Shown here one piece after another: positions 37,428 to 47,997 of a stretch of 64,000 nt of DNA. The position numbers were made by a program, and so were the translations under genes. The stretch is from Gemmatimonadaceae bacterium. Its GTDB lineage: Bacteria > Gemmatimonadota > Gemmatimonadetes > Gemmatimonadales > Gemmatimonadaceae. The stretch's first letter is position 1. The number at the start of each line of letters is the position of its first letter. Where the stretch lies: the NCBI GenBank assembly GCA_051859245.1, contig JBHYGA010000001.1, forward strand, positions 64,001-128,000. The letters are read 5' to 3'. The notes beneath the pieces are model-generated. The model saw only the letters and a program-made list of their open reading frames with translations. It was not told where the DNA came from and made no database searches.

Positions 37428-38591
37428 TCAGTACACCTCGAACAATCCAGCCGCACCCATGCCACCACCAATACACATGGTGACGAGACCAAGTCCGCCG
37501 CCACGTCGCTGCAGTTCGTGCACGAGTTGCGTGGTGAGCTTGGCGCCAGTTGCTCCGAGTGGGTGACCAAGCGCAATCGCGCCGCCGTTCACGTTGGTAA
37601 TCGACGGGTCCATGTTGAGATCCTTGATCACGGCGAGCGCCTGAGCGGCGAAGGCCTCGTTGAACTCAATCAGCTTCACGTCGCCAAGCGAAACGCCGGC
37701 ACGCGCCAGCGCCTTGGGTACGGCTTTGATCGGACCGATGCCCATGATGTCGGGCGATACGCCGGCCGTGGCAAACGTGATGAAACGTGCCAGTGGCTTG
37801 AGACCAAGTGCATCGGCTTTGGCGCGACTCATGAGCAATACCGCAGACGCACCATCGGAGAACGGCGACGCGTTGCCAGCCGTCACGGTGCCCTTCGCGG
37901 AAAACGCCGGACGCAGCGCCGACATTTGTTCACGCGTGGTATCCGGACGCGGACACTCATCTGTGTCGATCACGTGCTCCGTTACGGTTCGCTTTGCGCC
38001 GGACCACGCATCACGCGTGACGGTGATTGGCACGATCTCGGGGGAGAACACCTTGTTTGCCAGCGCCACGCCGGCCTTTTGCTGCGACGCGAAGGCAAAG
38101 TCATCGGCCATCTCGCGCGTAATGCCCCACTGTTTGGCGACACGCTCGGCCGTAAAGCCCATACCGATATAACTCTCAGTGATTTCGGGTGACAAGCGCG
38201 TGTGATAACCCGACATCGGCACCTGCGACATCATTTCGGTACCGCCGGCGAGAATCACGTCCGCGTGTCCGGCAATAATGGCCTGCGCGCCGTACGCCAC
38301 CGCCTGCAGCCCAGACGAACAGAAACGATTGATCGTGGCCGCCGATGTCTCCACGGGAAACCCGGCGCGCAACCAGGCGAGCCGTGCGTGGTTGAGCCCT
38401 TGTGAGGCTTCCGGCATGGCGCAGCCCCATTGCACGTCATCAACAAGGCCGGCATCAATGCCGGCGCGCTTGATGGCTTCGCGCATCACGGCGGCTGAGA
38501 GATCGACCGGATGAACGGACGCCAATGCGCCGTCCGCTTTGCCGCGTGCGACCGCGGATCGCACCGCGCTCACGATTACGACTTCAGTCAT
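37428..38591 (-). CDS. fadA: Acetyl-CoA C-acyltransferase (thiolase)
   Basis: INRFCSSG, NEAFA, GHPLGATG, TMCIGGGMG. Confidence 0.93.
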   Translation of the reverse strand: MTEVVIVSAVRSAVARGKADGALASVHPVDLSAAVMREAIKRAGIDAGLVDDVQWGCAMPEASQGLNHARLAWLRAGFPVETSAATINRFCSSGLQAVAYGAQAIIAGHADVILAGGTEMMSQVPMSGYHTRLSPEITESYIGMGFTAERVAKQWGITREMADDFAFASQQKAGVALANKVFSPEIVPITVTRDAWSGAKRTVTEHVIDTDECPRPDTTREQMSALRPAFSAKGTVTAGNASPFSDGASAVLLMSRAKADALGLKPLARFITFATAGVSPDIMGIGPIKAVPKALARAGVSLGDVKLIEFNEAFAAQALAVIKDLNMDPSITNVNGGAIALGHPLGATGAKLTTQLVHELQRRGGGLGLVTMCIGGGMGAAGLFEVY

Positions 38592-38613
38592 GGATTCTGT
38601 CTCCTCGTCGCAA

Positions 38614-40923
38614 TCAGTTACGAAGCGGTTTGCCCGTGGTGAGCATATGCTCAATCCGGGCCTGAGTTTCTTTGGTGCCGAGCAACATGAGGAACTGCTC
38701 GCGTTCAAGGTCGAGCAGATCCTGTTCGCTCACCTCACGCGGTGCGCCGTCGCCGCCGCACAGTACGTAGGCCACTGATCGGCCAACACGCAGATCGTGC
38801 GCACTCGCCTGACCGGCTTCGCCAGCGGCCCAGAGGGCGTACTGCAAGTTGCCAAAGCCCTCGCGTCCGAGTGCACGCATGCGCTTTTCTGCGGGTACCA
38901 CGTAGTCGGGCGCGAGGTCGAGCACGCGTTGACGCGCGTCGGAGAGCAACGTGTCGCGGTTCATGCTGATGCGATCACCCTCGCGCAAAAAGCCCATCGC
39001 GCGCGCTTCGGGAGCACTCGTGCTCGTGGCGGCAAACGCGATCAGTTTGAAGGCGCGTTTGATCGCTTCGAACGGATCGGCTTCATCATACGGCGCAAGC
39101 GCTTCGGTAAAGCGGAAGGCGAGTTCCTTGGTGCCACCACCGCCTGGAATCACACCCACACCAACTTCAACGAGCCCCATGTACGTTTCCGCCGCGGCCT
39201 GCACACGAGCGGCGTGCAACACGAACTCGCTGCCGCCACCCAGGGTGAGTCCGTGCGGCGCAACCACCACGGGGAACGGCGCACGCCGGATTGACATGAC
39301 GCTTTGCTGAAACGCGTTGATGCTGGCTTCGAGTTCATCCCACGCGCCGGCGGCAACACCAAAGGAAACAGCGGCCAGATCCGCACCCGCGCTGAACGTG
39401 CGCGCGTCGTCGTTTCCGATCACCAGTCCCACATAGCCACCGCGCTCCACTTTGCGCAGTGAGGCGGCCAGTCCTTCCATCAAACCCTGACCGAGTGAGT
39501 TCATCTTGGAGCGGAACTCAAAGCACAACACACCCTCGCCGATATCCACCAGTCGCGCTGATCCAAAATCTTCAATCGTGCGACCCGTTGCGTGTTGCAA
39601 TGCAAGATTGATGTTGCCTGGAATGCTCGGCAACGTCTCGTACACGCCGGCGTAGGTGAGATACTCGCCGTCTTTGTAGAACGCGCCGTTCGCCTTATCG
39701 AGCAGTGCGGGGACGCTGTCACCACGCGCTGTGAACTGTGCGCGCAACCAGTCGTGACCAAGCAGGTCCATCACCTGAAACGGCCCGAGCTCCCAGCCGT
39801 AGCCCCACTGCAGGGCCCGATCAATCGACACGAGATCGTGTGAAAGAGATTCTGCGAGTGTGAGCGTGTAGTGCGCCGCGTCGAGCAGATGATCACGCAG
39901 GAACGCACCATGTGCACTGCCGAGATCGCGTGCACCAGCCAGGCGCGCCGCGTGCGGCTGACGCGTGAGCGAACCCACGTCGCCGCCACTCATGCGATTG
40001 CCTTGCGCGTACGCCGCCGTCTTCCAATCGTAGGTGAGAATTCCGTCTTTTGTTTTCTGATAAAAACCGCTGCCGGTTTTGTCGCCGAGTTTTCCCTGCG
40101 CGATCAGCGCGTGCACCCACTCCGGCAGCGCGAGATCTTCACCGGTTTGCTGGCTCATGCCCTTGGTCACATGACCGAGCACATCGAGTCCACTCAGGTC
40201 GCCGGTACGGAATGTTGCCGACTTGGCGCGACCAACAAGCGCACCGGTGAGCCCGTCCACTTCGTCGATGGTGAGGTCGTGCTGCATCATGCGCCGCATC
40301 GTGCTGACCATGCCGTACACGCCGAGGCGATTCGCAATAAAGCCCGGCACGTCTTTCGCGATTACGGTGCCTTTGCCAAGAATTCGTTCGGCAAAGTTGC
40401 GCATCGCACCGATCACGGCTGGATCTGTTTCCGGAGTAGGAATCAGCTCCAGCAAATGCATGTAGCGCGGCGGATTGAAAAAGTGCGTGCCAAGAAAGCG
40501 GCGACGGAATTTTTCGGATCGGCCCTCGAGCAGCACGGACATTGGAATGCCGCTCGTGTTCGTGGTCACGATGGCCGATGACTTGAGCAGCGGTTCCAGG
40601 CGCGTAAACAGCTGCTGCTTGGGCTCGGGCAACTCGATGATCGCTTCCACGATCCAGTCGCACTCCGACAGCCACTCGAGATGATCTTCCGTATTGCCGC
40701 ATCGCACGCGCGCCGCGGCGCTGCTGTGCATGAATGCGGCCGGTTTGGCCTTGATGGCTTTTTGCAGTCCGGCTTTGGCCGGCCCGCTGCGATCGGGGAA
40801 CCCGCGTTCGGGGGAACCGGGCACGTCGAGCAAAACGACGCGGAGGCCGGCTGAGGCTGCGAGCGCAGCGATGCCGCTGCCCATCGCGCCGGCACCCACG
40901 ACACCGACGGTCGTGACGCGCAT
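38614..40923 (-). CDS. 3-hydroxyacyl-CoA dehydrogenase/enoyl-CoA hydratase (FadN type)
   Basis: GAGAMGSGIA, EAIIE, NTSG, HFFNPPRY, PGFIANR, crotonase motifs FSAGADL and GLVEVGVG, GKPLRN end. Confidence 0.93.
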   Translation of the reverse strand: MRVTTVGVVGAGAMGSGIAALAASAGLRVVLLDVPGSPERGFPDRSGPAKAGLQKAIKAKPAAFMHSSAAARVRCGNTEDHLEWLSECDWIVEAIIELPEPKQQLFTRLEPLLKSSAIVTTNTSGIPMSVLLEGRSEKFRRRFLGTHFFNPPRYMHLLELIPTPETDPAVIGAMRNFAERILGKGTVIAKDVPGFIANRLGVYGMVSTMRRMMQHDLTIDEVDGLTGALVGRAKSATFRTGDLSGLDVLGHVTKGMSQQTGEDLALPEWVHALIAQGKLGDKTGSGFYQKTKDGILTYDWKTAAYAQGNRMSGGDVGSLTRQPHAARLAGARDLGSAHGAFLRDHLLDAAHYTLTLAESLSHDLVSIDRALQWGYGWELGPFQVMDLLGHDWLRAQFTARGDSVPALLDKANGAFYKDGEYLTYAGVYETLPSIPGNINLALQHATGRTIEDFGSARLVDIGEGVLCFEFRSKMNSLGQGLMEGLAASLRKVERGGYVGLVIGNDDARTFSAGADLAAVSFGVAAGAWDELEASINAFQQSVMSIRRAPFPVVVAPHGLTLGGGSEFVLHAARVQAAAETYMGLVEVGVGVIPGGGGTKELAFRFTEALAPYDEADPFEAIKRAFKLIAFAATSTSAPEARAMGFLREGDRISMNRDTLLSDARQRVLDLAPDYVVPAEKRMRALGREGFGNLQYALWAAGEAGQASAHDLRVGRSVAYVLCGGDGAPREVSEQDLLDLEREQFLMLLGTKETQARIEHMLTTGKPLRN

Positions 40924-41084
40924 GAACACTCCGGAAGGCGCGCGGTGTGTCGGGGTGGGCCGGACAGTCAGAGGGACCGCACCACGGCGCACACCCGTTC
41001 CGCCGCGCGAAAGGGGGATCCTGAAATGTTCAGTACGGGCGGGCCAACCGGAAGGGGGATTGGCCCACAAATATGACGGTTACG

Positions 41085-41645
41085 TCACGTTTGATGCGTG
41101 GACAGCTTCTGCCAGAAGAGCTTGCGCGCCTTGGCCACCTTGGGCGCCACCACGCCCATGCAGTACGGCTTGCTCGGATTGCGGCTGAAGTAGTCCTGAT
41201 GCTCCGGCTCGGCCGGCCAGAACGTGGGGGCCGGCGTAACTTCGGTGACGATCGGGTCGGGCCACATGGCCTGCGCGGTCAGATCCGCGATCACGGCGCG
41301 CGCAGTGTCTTCCTGTGCCGCGTCATGCGTGAAGATCACCGAACGATACTGCGTGCCCACGTCGTAGCCCTGTCGATCGAGCGTCGTGGGATCGTGAATC
41401 ACAAAAAAGATGTCGAGCAGATCGCCGTAGCTGATCACGTTGGGATCGAAGGTGACCTGCACCACTTCGGCGTGTCCCGTCACGCCCAGGCAGACCAGTT
41501 CATACGTTGGGTTTTTTCCGGCTCCGCCTGCGTAGCCGGACACAACGGACGCCACGCCACGCAGTTCGCGATACACCGCGTCAAGACACCAGAAACAGCC
41601 GCCGCCAAGTGTGGCGACGGCAAGCGAGGGAGCAGATTCAGTCAT
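41085..41645 (-). CDS. msrA: Peptide-methionine (S)-S-oxide reductase
   Basis: GGGCFWC, GYAGG, TGHAEVV, HDPT, QYRS, AEPEHQDY...YC. Confidence 0.95.
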   Translation of the reverse strand: MTESAPSLAVATLGGGCFWCLDAVYRELRGVASVVSGYAGGAGKNPTYELVCLGVTGHAEVVQVTFDPNVISYGDLLDIFFVIHDPTTLDRQGYDVGTQYRSVIFTHDAAQEDTARAVIADLTAQAMWPDPIVTEVTPAPTFWPAEPEHQDYFSRNPSKPYCMGVVAPKVAKARKLFWQKLSTHQT

Positions 41646-41663
41646 AATGGCGAAGCGTGTAGG

Positions 41664-42293
41664 TCAGGCCTGCAGAGCTGGATGATACCCGCGAGTGTCG
41701 TCGTAGTGCGCCTTGATGCGCGCGATATCAACCGAGGGTTCGACGTCCTCTTGCACCGTGAGTGTCGGGCCAAATCGTACTTGTTTGGTTCCCCAGTCAA
41801 TCGCGGCACACACGATGGGAACGTTGGCGGTGCGCGCGATGTGCCAGAAGCCGGAGCGCCACTTGTCCACCTTGAATCGTGTGCCTTCCGGAGCAAGCAC
41901 GAGCACGAGTTGTGCACGCCGGCTGAACTCGTGCGCCGTGCGGTCGACCACTGCGTTCGCCGTCTTTCGGTTCACAGGAATGCCGCCGATCGCTCGCATG
42001 AACCAGCCGAGCGGTGGTTTGAAGAGCGTGTCTTTCCCGAGAAACTTGACGCGAAACCCAAGGGCCCACTTGGCGGCGAGCCCCACCGGAAAATCCCAGT
42101 TGGACGTGTGTGGTGCCACGATCACCACGAACTGGGGCAGATCGGGAATGCTGCCGGTAATTCTCCACCCTGCCAATCGCAGTGCCCAATGTCCCACGAA
42201 CTTGAACACGCGGCCACGATGTTGCGGCACCGCCGGTCCGAGGATGGGCGTGGCCAATGTGGCGCTGGTACCGCTGGCGAGAGTTGGTGTCAT
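41664..42293 (-). CDS. 1-acyl-sn-glycerol-3-phosphate acyltransferase family protein
   Basis: PHTSNWD, GGIPVNR, APEGTR; start ATG 42293 or 42302. Confidence 0.9.
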   Translation of the reverse strand: MTPTLASGTSATLATPILGPAVPQHRGRVFKFVGHWALRLAGWRITGSIPDLPQFVVIVAPHTSNWDFPVGLAAKWALGFRVKFLGKDTLFKPPLGWFMRAIGGIPVNRKTANAVVDRTAHEFSRRAQLVLVLAPEGTRFKVDKWRSGFWHIARTANVPIVCAAIDWGTKQVRFGPTLTVQEDVEPSVDIARIKAHYDDTRGYHPALQA

Positions 42294-42309
42294 GCGGTTC
42301 ATTTGAGCT

Positions 42310-42753
42310 ATGTCTGACAAGATCCGCAAGAGCAACGACGAGTGGGCCGCGCAGCTCACGAAAATTCAGTACAAGGTGACCCGCGAACATGGCACCGAAC
42401 CAGCGTTTACGGGTGAGTACTGGGACCATCACGAAGCCGGCACATACCACTGTGTGTGCTGCGGGGCGCCACTCTTCGCCTCCGAGACAAAATACGACTC
42501 GGGCACGGGCTGGCCGAGTTACTGGGCACCCATCAGCGAGCAGGCGATCGAAACGACGCGTGATCGCAGCTGGTTCATGGTGCGCACCGAAGTGCATTGC
42601 GCTCGGTGTGACGCGCATCTGGGGCACGTGTTTGACGATGGTCCCGCACCGACTGGTCTGCGGTACTGTATGAATAGTGCGTCGTTCACGTTCGCCGAGC
42701 GCGGTGAACCATCGGCGAAGGACGGAACGTCTTCAGACGAGGCGGCGCGATGA
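42310..42753 (+). CDS. msrB: Peptide-methionine (R)-S-oxide reductase
   Basis: [47 protein letters not shown]. Confidence 0.96.
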   Translation: MSDKIRKSNDEWAAQLTKIQYKVTREHGTEPAFTGEYWDHHEAGTYHCVCCGAPLFASETKYDSGTGWPSYWAPISEQAIETTRDRSWFMVRTEVHCARCDAHLGHVFDDGPAPTGLRYCMNSASFTFAERGEPSAKDGTSSDEAAR

Positions 42754-43715
42754 CAACGTGGTCGATGGCGCGCTGCGTCGCGCTCGCGACGCTGCTGCCG
42801 GCGATGCTCGCTGCACAGTCCGGTCCGAACATGACGGTGGCTGTTGAGCCGTCGCACGTGGCGGCGATCGCCTCGCGTGTCCCTGCGGGAACGGTCGCGC
42901 TCGCGCTTGGCAATGTCGGCATCGCGTCCACCGACGCCGATGTGTTGTTCTACAATCCCGGCATGCTCACGTCAGGGCGCGGGATGTCGATGTCCGCACA
43001 ACGCTACAACGGCAATGGTACCGCTGCGTCGATGGCGGCTACGCAACTGGTGGGTTCTGTCGGCTTCGGAGTTGGCGTGCGTTTCGCGGATTGGCGCGGA
43101 CCGCTGGGATTCGGTTATGCAGAAGCGGTGCGCGACGGACTTGGTGTGCTTGGATTGCCGGGCGCGGCACGCGCATCGAGTACGGCGCTCACCGCCGCTG
43201 TGGCGCGTGCACTCGGTCCGCTGCGGCTCGGTGTGAGCGCGACGTACGCTCGTGAGACGTACGCGGCGCGGCACGATGAGACGACGCACTTCGACCTGGG
43301 CGTGGTGTGGCCCACCGGTCCCGGCAATCTCGGGTTGACGGTGCAGCATGAAGGTGCGCCCCTGGAAATAGCGGATGGTTTTCAAGAGTTCGAGGGCGCC
43401 GCCGAATGGCGCGCGACGCTGGGGTACGGTGCCTGGGGCTTTCCGCTCGCGACGTTCTGGGATTTCGGTGGCACTGCGCAGCTGTCCGTTGACGAAGCAG
43501 GACGGGTGCGGAGTGCCGGAGGCGTCGAGCTCACCTACGTCCCGGTCGAAGGCGTCTCGATCGCTGCTCGTGTAGGAAGTCGGTCCACGATTGGAAATGA
43601 ACTTCCGATCACGGGTGGGCTGGGTTTGTCACTCGATCGTTATTCGCTTGACTACGCGCTTGAGTCCTTCCGCGGCGGCGTGCGCGCGCATCGCGTTGGT
43701 TTGCGAGTTCGCTAG
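42750..43715 (+). CDS. Outer-membrane beta-barrel protein (PorV/FadL-like, hypothetical)
   Basis: Signal peptide; ALALGN...[12 protein letters not shown] plug-like motif; alternating beta-strands; LDYA...HRVGLRVR end. Confidence 0.6.
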   Translation: MTTWSMARCVALATLLPAMLAAQSGPNMTVAVEPSHVAAIASRVPAGTVALALGNVGIASTDADVLFYNPGMLTSGRGMSMSAQRYNGNGTAASMAATQLVGSVGFGVGVRFADWRGPLGFGYAEAVRDGLGVLGLPGAARASSTALTAAVARALGPLRLGVSATYARETYAARHDETTHFDLGVVWPTGPGNLGLTVQHEGAPLEIADGFQEFEGAAEWRATLGYGAWGFPLATFWDFGGTAQLSVDEAGRVRSAGGVELTYVPVEGVSIAARVGSRSTIGNELPITGGLGLSLDRYSLDYALESFRGGVRAHRVGLRVR

Positions 43716-43755
43716 TCAGCGTGTCGTACCTCTCGTACTGACCAGGACGCGTTGG

Positions 43756-44304
43756 TCACTCGGGATAGAGCGCCGCCAACTTTCGAATCGATGTCACGTT
43801 GCGCATGGTGGTTGGAGCGCCCAGCAGTTTCTCCAGCTTCGCGCCTGAGAAGTCCGAGGAACCGATGGTTTTTGCGCACAACCAGTACAGCTCGCGCCCG
43901 TCGACGAAGAACTGATCCACAGGTGTTTGCGCGGCGGTGAGTGCAGCAATGACGGCTGCCGTTGGGGGCCGATGCAGCATGCCGATGTACAGCGAGTGGT
44001 CGGCTGGCGGGAACTGCGTCCATGCACCGAACGAGCGCGTCGCCGCACGCGCATTTTCGGCGGGCGTGCGCAGGAACACGTCCGAATGAAATCCGAGCGC
44101 GTGCGCGAGTTCTGCAGTGAGCCACGGTTCCAGCACCGTGGCTGATCGCTGCTGCGGGTCAGCGAAGATCAGATTGCCGCTCGCAATGAAAGTTGCGACG
44201 TCGGACAGACCAAGCCCAACGGCAATGTCCCGCAGCCGGGCCATCTGCACGGTGCGCTTGCCAACGTTGATGGCGCGAAGGAAGGCGATGTAGCGGTTCG
44301 TCAC
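43756..44304 (-). CDS. DUF1697 family protein
   Basis: YIAFLRAINVG, VATFIASGNLIF, TMRNVTSIRKL. Confidence 0.85.
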   Translation of the reverse strand: MTNRYIAFLRAINVGKRTVQMARLRDIAVGLGLSDVATFIASGNLIFADPQQRSATVLEPWLTAELAHALGFHSDVFLRTPAENARAATRSFGAWTQFPPADHSLYIGMLHRPPTAAVIAALTAAQTPVDQFFVDGRELYWLCAKTIGSSDFSGAKLEKLLGAPTTMRNVTSIRKLAALYPE

Positions 44305-44476
44305 AGGGACAAGCTGTTTGTCCTGCACAGAATCCGCCAGACGTCTGCTCGGCTCGCCGTGGGGTGCTGTGGGGTATATTTCAGGGTTGTCTCCCCACCC
44401 TGTGCGATCCGTGGCCTGCAGTGTCCGCGCGTCGGTTGCTGGCGATCGTCCTTCCTCACGTAGCGAGGTTTTGTAG

Positions 44477-46927
44477 ATGACCAATCTTCTCCTGCTGGCG
44501 GCCCTGATGGCGCCATCAGCGGCGTCGGATTCGACGCGCACCGCGCCCACCGTTGTCGACACCCGCTCATCGGCAGAGGTGTCGGCGATGGCCGCCTTCG
44601 GCTCGTCACTCGCGCTCAGCGGTGACTATGCGTTTGTGGGTGAGCCGCGCGGTGACGCCGGTCTGGTGCATGTCTATCGCCGCGGACCGGCCGGATGGCG
44701 CGCCGCTACTACGATCAAGGCGCCAACACCGGCGGCGAATGACATGTTCGGCGCGAGTGTCGCGGCAGACGGCGCGACGTTGTTGGTCGGACAGTCGTCG
44801 GCGCCGACTTCGCCCGACGCCGGCAAAGGCATGGTGCACGTGTTCACGCGCACTGCCGCGGGCGCCTGGCAGCCCGCTGGCATGCTGACTGCGGAGTCGC
44901 TCACGCCGCGTGCGGGTTTTGGCACGGCGATGCTCGTGAAGGGAGACGTAGCGTTTGTTGGCGCCCCCGGGTTTGAGAACGGTGCGGTGTTCATGTTCAA
45001 GCGCGCCGCCAACGGCACGTGGTCGGCGGCAGGTCGACTGGCCGTTGAAGGGCTCGCCGAGAACGATCAGTTCGGTGGCGCGCTGGCAATGGACGGCGAC
45101 CGACTCGCGGTTGGTGCGCCGGGTCGTGCAGCCGCGAAGGGTGCTGTGTTCATGTTTACGCGCGACGCCTCGGGCAACTACACGCAGTCTGGTTTGCTGG
45201 TTGCCGCTGCTGGTGCAGATGCCGCACGCCTTGGCTCAAGCCTTGCGCTCAGTGGCACGCGTCTGATTGTTGGCGCGCCGGGTGCGAACCCGATCGCGGG
45301 TCGCCGTGGTGCGAGCATGGGCTCAGTCACCGTGTTCGAGTACAGCACGATCGCCGAGATCTGGCGTGAACGTCACAGCTTCGCACCGTTTGTCGCAGGC
45401 AACGCACGGTTTGGACAGAGCGTCGCGGCCGCGGGCAACGAAGTCTGGGTTGGCGCACCGTCCACGTCGTACAACACGGGCAGCATCTATCGTGTGCAGC
45501 CGGACGCTGAGGGATCGTGGACCAACATGCGCACACTCGCGGCGGGCAATGTCGAGCCGGGAGCGAACTTTGGCGCGACGATGGTGGTGAGCGGGAACAC
45601 GGCCGCGGTTGGCATGCCGTCCGACGCCGGTGGCGCGGGCACGGTGATGTTTTTTGCGCGCAACGCTGCTGGCGCATGGTCGCAAACGAGCACGGTCTTT
45701 CCGGCGCCCACGGCGAAGGTGTACTCCGCGGTGAAGGGCAAAGAAGTCATGTGCAGCACTGACGGAAAAGCGGGCGAGTTTGAATGCGGCAACGCGTCAC
45801 TGCTGTCGTTCCTGCCGATCTCTGCGATTGGCGGCAAGCGCGGCACGAATATGAATGACAACTGGGGCTGGACGGACCCGGTCACCAATCGCGAAATCGC
45901 GATTCTTGGTCGCACCGATGGTACGTCGTTTGTTGACGTGACCGATCCGGCCAACCCGCGCTACCTCGGCGATCTGCCGAAAACGAAGGGTTCACCAAGT
46001 GCGGCGTGGCGCGACATGAAGGTGTTCAAGAATCACGCGTACATCGTGGCGGACAACGCGGGCGAACACGGTATGCAGGTGTTTGATCTCACGCGTCTGC
46101 GCACTGTACGCACGCCACAGACGTTCAAGCCCGACGTGACGTACGATCGCATCAACAGCGCGCACAACATTGTATCGAACGAAGCGACGGGCTTCATGTA
46201 CGTGGTGGGCGCATCTGGCGGCGGCGAAACGTGCGGTGGTGGTCACCACATGATTGACGTGAACGAGCCCAAGAAGCCCAAGTTTGCCGGCTGCTTTGGC
46301 GACGACAAAACCGGTCGTGCGGGCACGGGTTACTCGCACGATTCGCAGTGCGTGGTGTACAAGGGACCGGACCAGAAGTATGTGGGGCGAGAGATTTGCA
46401 TTGGTTCAAACGAAACGGCGATCAGCATTGCCGACGTGACCGACAAGAAGAACCCCAAGGCGATTTCGCGCGCGTCATACCCGAACGTGGCCTACGCGCA
46501 CCAGGCGTGGCTCACGGACGATCACAAGTATCTGTATCTGAATGATGAAGGCGACGAGTCGTCGGGTCAGGGTGAAGCAGCCAAGGGCACGCGCACGCTC
46601 GTGTGGGACCTGCAGGATTTGTCGGATCCCGTGCTGGTGAAAGAACATGTTGGCACCACCAAGGCGATTGACCATAACCTGTACGTGAAGGGCGACCGCA
46701 TGTATCAGGCGAACTACACGTCCGGGCTGCGCATCCTCGATGTGAGTGATCCGCGCAATCCCAAGGAAGTTGGATTCCTCGACACGCATCCGGGTGACGA
46801 TGGTACGCCGTCATTCGCCGGATCGTGGAGCGTGTATCCGTACTTCAAGAGCGGCTCGATTGTGGTCACGAGCATCGGTGAGGGCGTGTTCTTTGTGAAG
46901 GACCGTACGCGCCCGATCGTGCAGTGA
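44477..46927 (+). CDS. Choice-of-anchor B family secreted protein with N-terminal FG-GAP repeats
   Basis: Repeated FG..LA....VGAP; NDNWGWTDP, WRDMK, HGMQVFDL, SAHNI, YSHDSQC, YAHQAWL, IDHNLY, GSWSVYPY. Confidence 0.88.
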   Translation: MTNLLLLAALMAPSAASDSTRTAPTVVDTRSSAEVSAMAAFGSSLALSGDYAFVGEPRGDAGLVHVYRRGPAGWRAATTIKAPTPAANDMFGASVAADGATLLVGQSSAPTSPDAGKGMVHVFTRTAAGAWQPAGMLTAESLTPRAGFGTAMLVKGDVAFVGAPGFENGAVFMFKRAANGTWSAAGRLAVEGLAENDQFGGALAMDGDRLAVGAPGRAAAKGAVFMFTRDASGNYTQSGLLVAAAGADAARLGSSLALSGTRLIVGAPGANPIAGRRGASMGSVTVFEYSTIAEIWRERHSFAPFVAGNARFGQSVAAAGNEVWVGAPSTSYNTGSIYRVQPDAEGSWTNMRTLAAGNVEPGANFGATMVVSGNTAAVGMPSDAGGAGTVMFFARNAAGAWSQTSTVFPAPTAKVYSAVKGKEVMCSTDGKAGEFECGNASLLSFLPISAIGGKRGTNMNDNWGWTDPVTNREIAILGRTDGTSFVDVTDPANPRYLGDLPKTKGSPSAAWRDMKVFKNHAYIVADNAGEHGMQVFDLTRLRTVRTPQTFKPDVTYDRINSAHNIVSNEATGFMYVVGASGGGETCGGGHHMIDVNEPKKPKFAGCFGDDKTGRAGTGYSHDSQCVVYKGPDQKYVGREICIGSNETAISIADVTDKKNPKAISRASYPNVAYAHQAWLTDDHKYLYLNDEGDESSGQGEAAKGTRTLVWDLQDLSDPVLVKEHVGTTKAIDHNLYVKGDRMYQANYTSGLRILDVSDPRNPKEVGFLDTHPGDDGTPSFAGSWSVYPYFKSGSIVVTSIGEGVFFVKDRTRPIVQ

Positions 46928-47997
46928 TGCACGCACGACGCGCGGTGCTTGGTGTGCTTCTGGGCGTCGTCGGCTTTACGGCCGCCGACGCGCAGGAGCG
47001 TCTGTACGTGGTGAATCAGGCCGGCGCGACGATCTCGGTGATCGACCAGCAGAAGCTTGTCGTTGACACCGTGCTGGATTTGCGCACGCTCGGCTTCACA
47101 GCCAACGCCAAGCCGCACCACGTTGCGGTGGAAGATGACGGCAGCTTCTGGTACGTGTCGTTGATTGGTGACGGGCGCGTACTCAAGTTCGATCGTCAGA
47201 ACAAACTGGTGGGCCAGGTGAAAATGGAAACACCGGGTTTGCTCACGCTCGATCCGGTGCACGATTCGCTGTATGTCGGACGTTCCATGACGGCGGTCAA
47301 TCCACCACGTGCACTCGGTGTGATTGCGCGGAAGCCCTTTACGATGGTTGACGAGCAGGAGATTGTGCTGCCTCGACCGCACGCGCTGTCCGTAACGCGT
47401 GATGGGCAGTGGGTGCATACCGCCTCGCTGGCGGAGAACCAGATCGCCTCGGTGAATGTGGCGACTGGTCGTGTTACGCTGACCACGATTCCTGGTGCGC
47501 CACGTTCGCTGGTGCAGTTCGCGCTGTCGCCCGACGGAAAAACGATGGTGGCGGGTGGTGAGTTGTCGAACACGTTGCTGGTGTTTGATCTCACCAAGCC
47601 GCCGCCATTTGTCCCGGTGCGCGAGATTGCGATTGAGGGCAAGCCGTGGGAGCCGCGGTTTTCTCCGGACGGACGCACGCTGTATCTGTCGCTCCTGACA
47701 AAGAATGCGATTGCCGAGATCGATGTGGCGTCGTGGACGGTCAAACGCACGATTGATGGTCGGTTGGCGCAGCCGTACGGCATGATTGTGCGGCGGGATG
47801 GTCGCTACGCGTTCATCAGCAATCAGAACGCGGGCGCCGTCAAAGAAGGACACAGCGGACACGAGATGCACGGCATGGATGGCATGTCGGCAAGTGATGG
47901 TTGGCTCACCATTCTCGATTTACGCACCGGTACGGTGTATTCCACTCTCATGCTCGGCAACGGACCGACGGGCATGGGCGCTGCGCGCGCTCGATGA
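46927..47997 (+). CDS. Secreted YncE/YVTN-type beta-propeller protein
   Basis: LYVVNQ..TISVID, LSPDGK, FSPDGR repeats; His/Met-rich loop. Confidence 0.85.
   Translation: MHARRAVLGVLLGVVGFTAADAQERLYVVNQAGATISVIDQQKLVVDTVLDLRTLGFTANAKPHHVAVEDDGSFWYVSLIGDGRVLKFDRQNKLVGQVKMETPGLLTLDPVHDSLYVGRSMTAVNPPRALGVIARKPFTMVDEQEIVLPRPHALSVTRDGQWVHTASLAENQIASVNVATGRVTLTTIPGAPRSLVQFALSPDGKTMVAGGELSNTLLVFDLTKPPPFVPVREIAIEGKPWEPRFSPDGRTLYLSLLTKNAIAEIDVASWTVKRTIDGRLAQPYGMIVRRDGRYAFISNQNAGAVKEGHSGHEMHGMDGMSASDGWLTILDLRTGTVYSTLMLGNGPTGMGAARAR

Noticed and set aside
33541..40923. SDR/ACAD/phosphotransferase and thiolase/FadN clusters as a novel pathway or resistance locus
   Set aside because: These are familiar fatty-acid degradation gene associations; the APH-like protein is of the ACAD10/11-associated type, not evidence of aminoglycoside resistance
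41073..42317. 414-aa plus-strand ORF spanning msrA and the acyltransferase
   Set aside because: Antisense shadow of two well-supported genes; no recognisable motifs; such ORFs are common in GC-rich DNA
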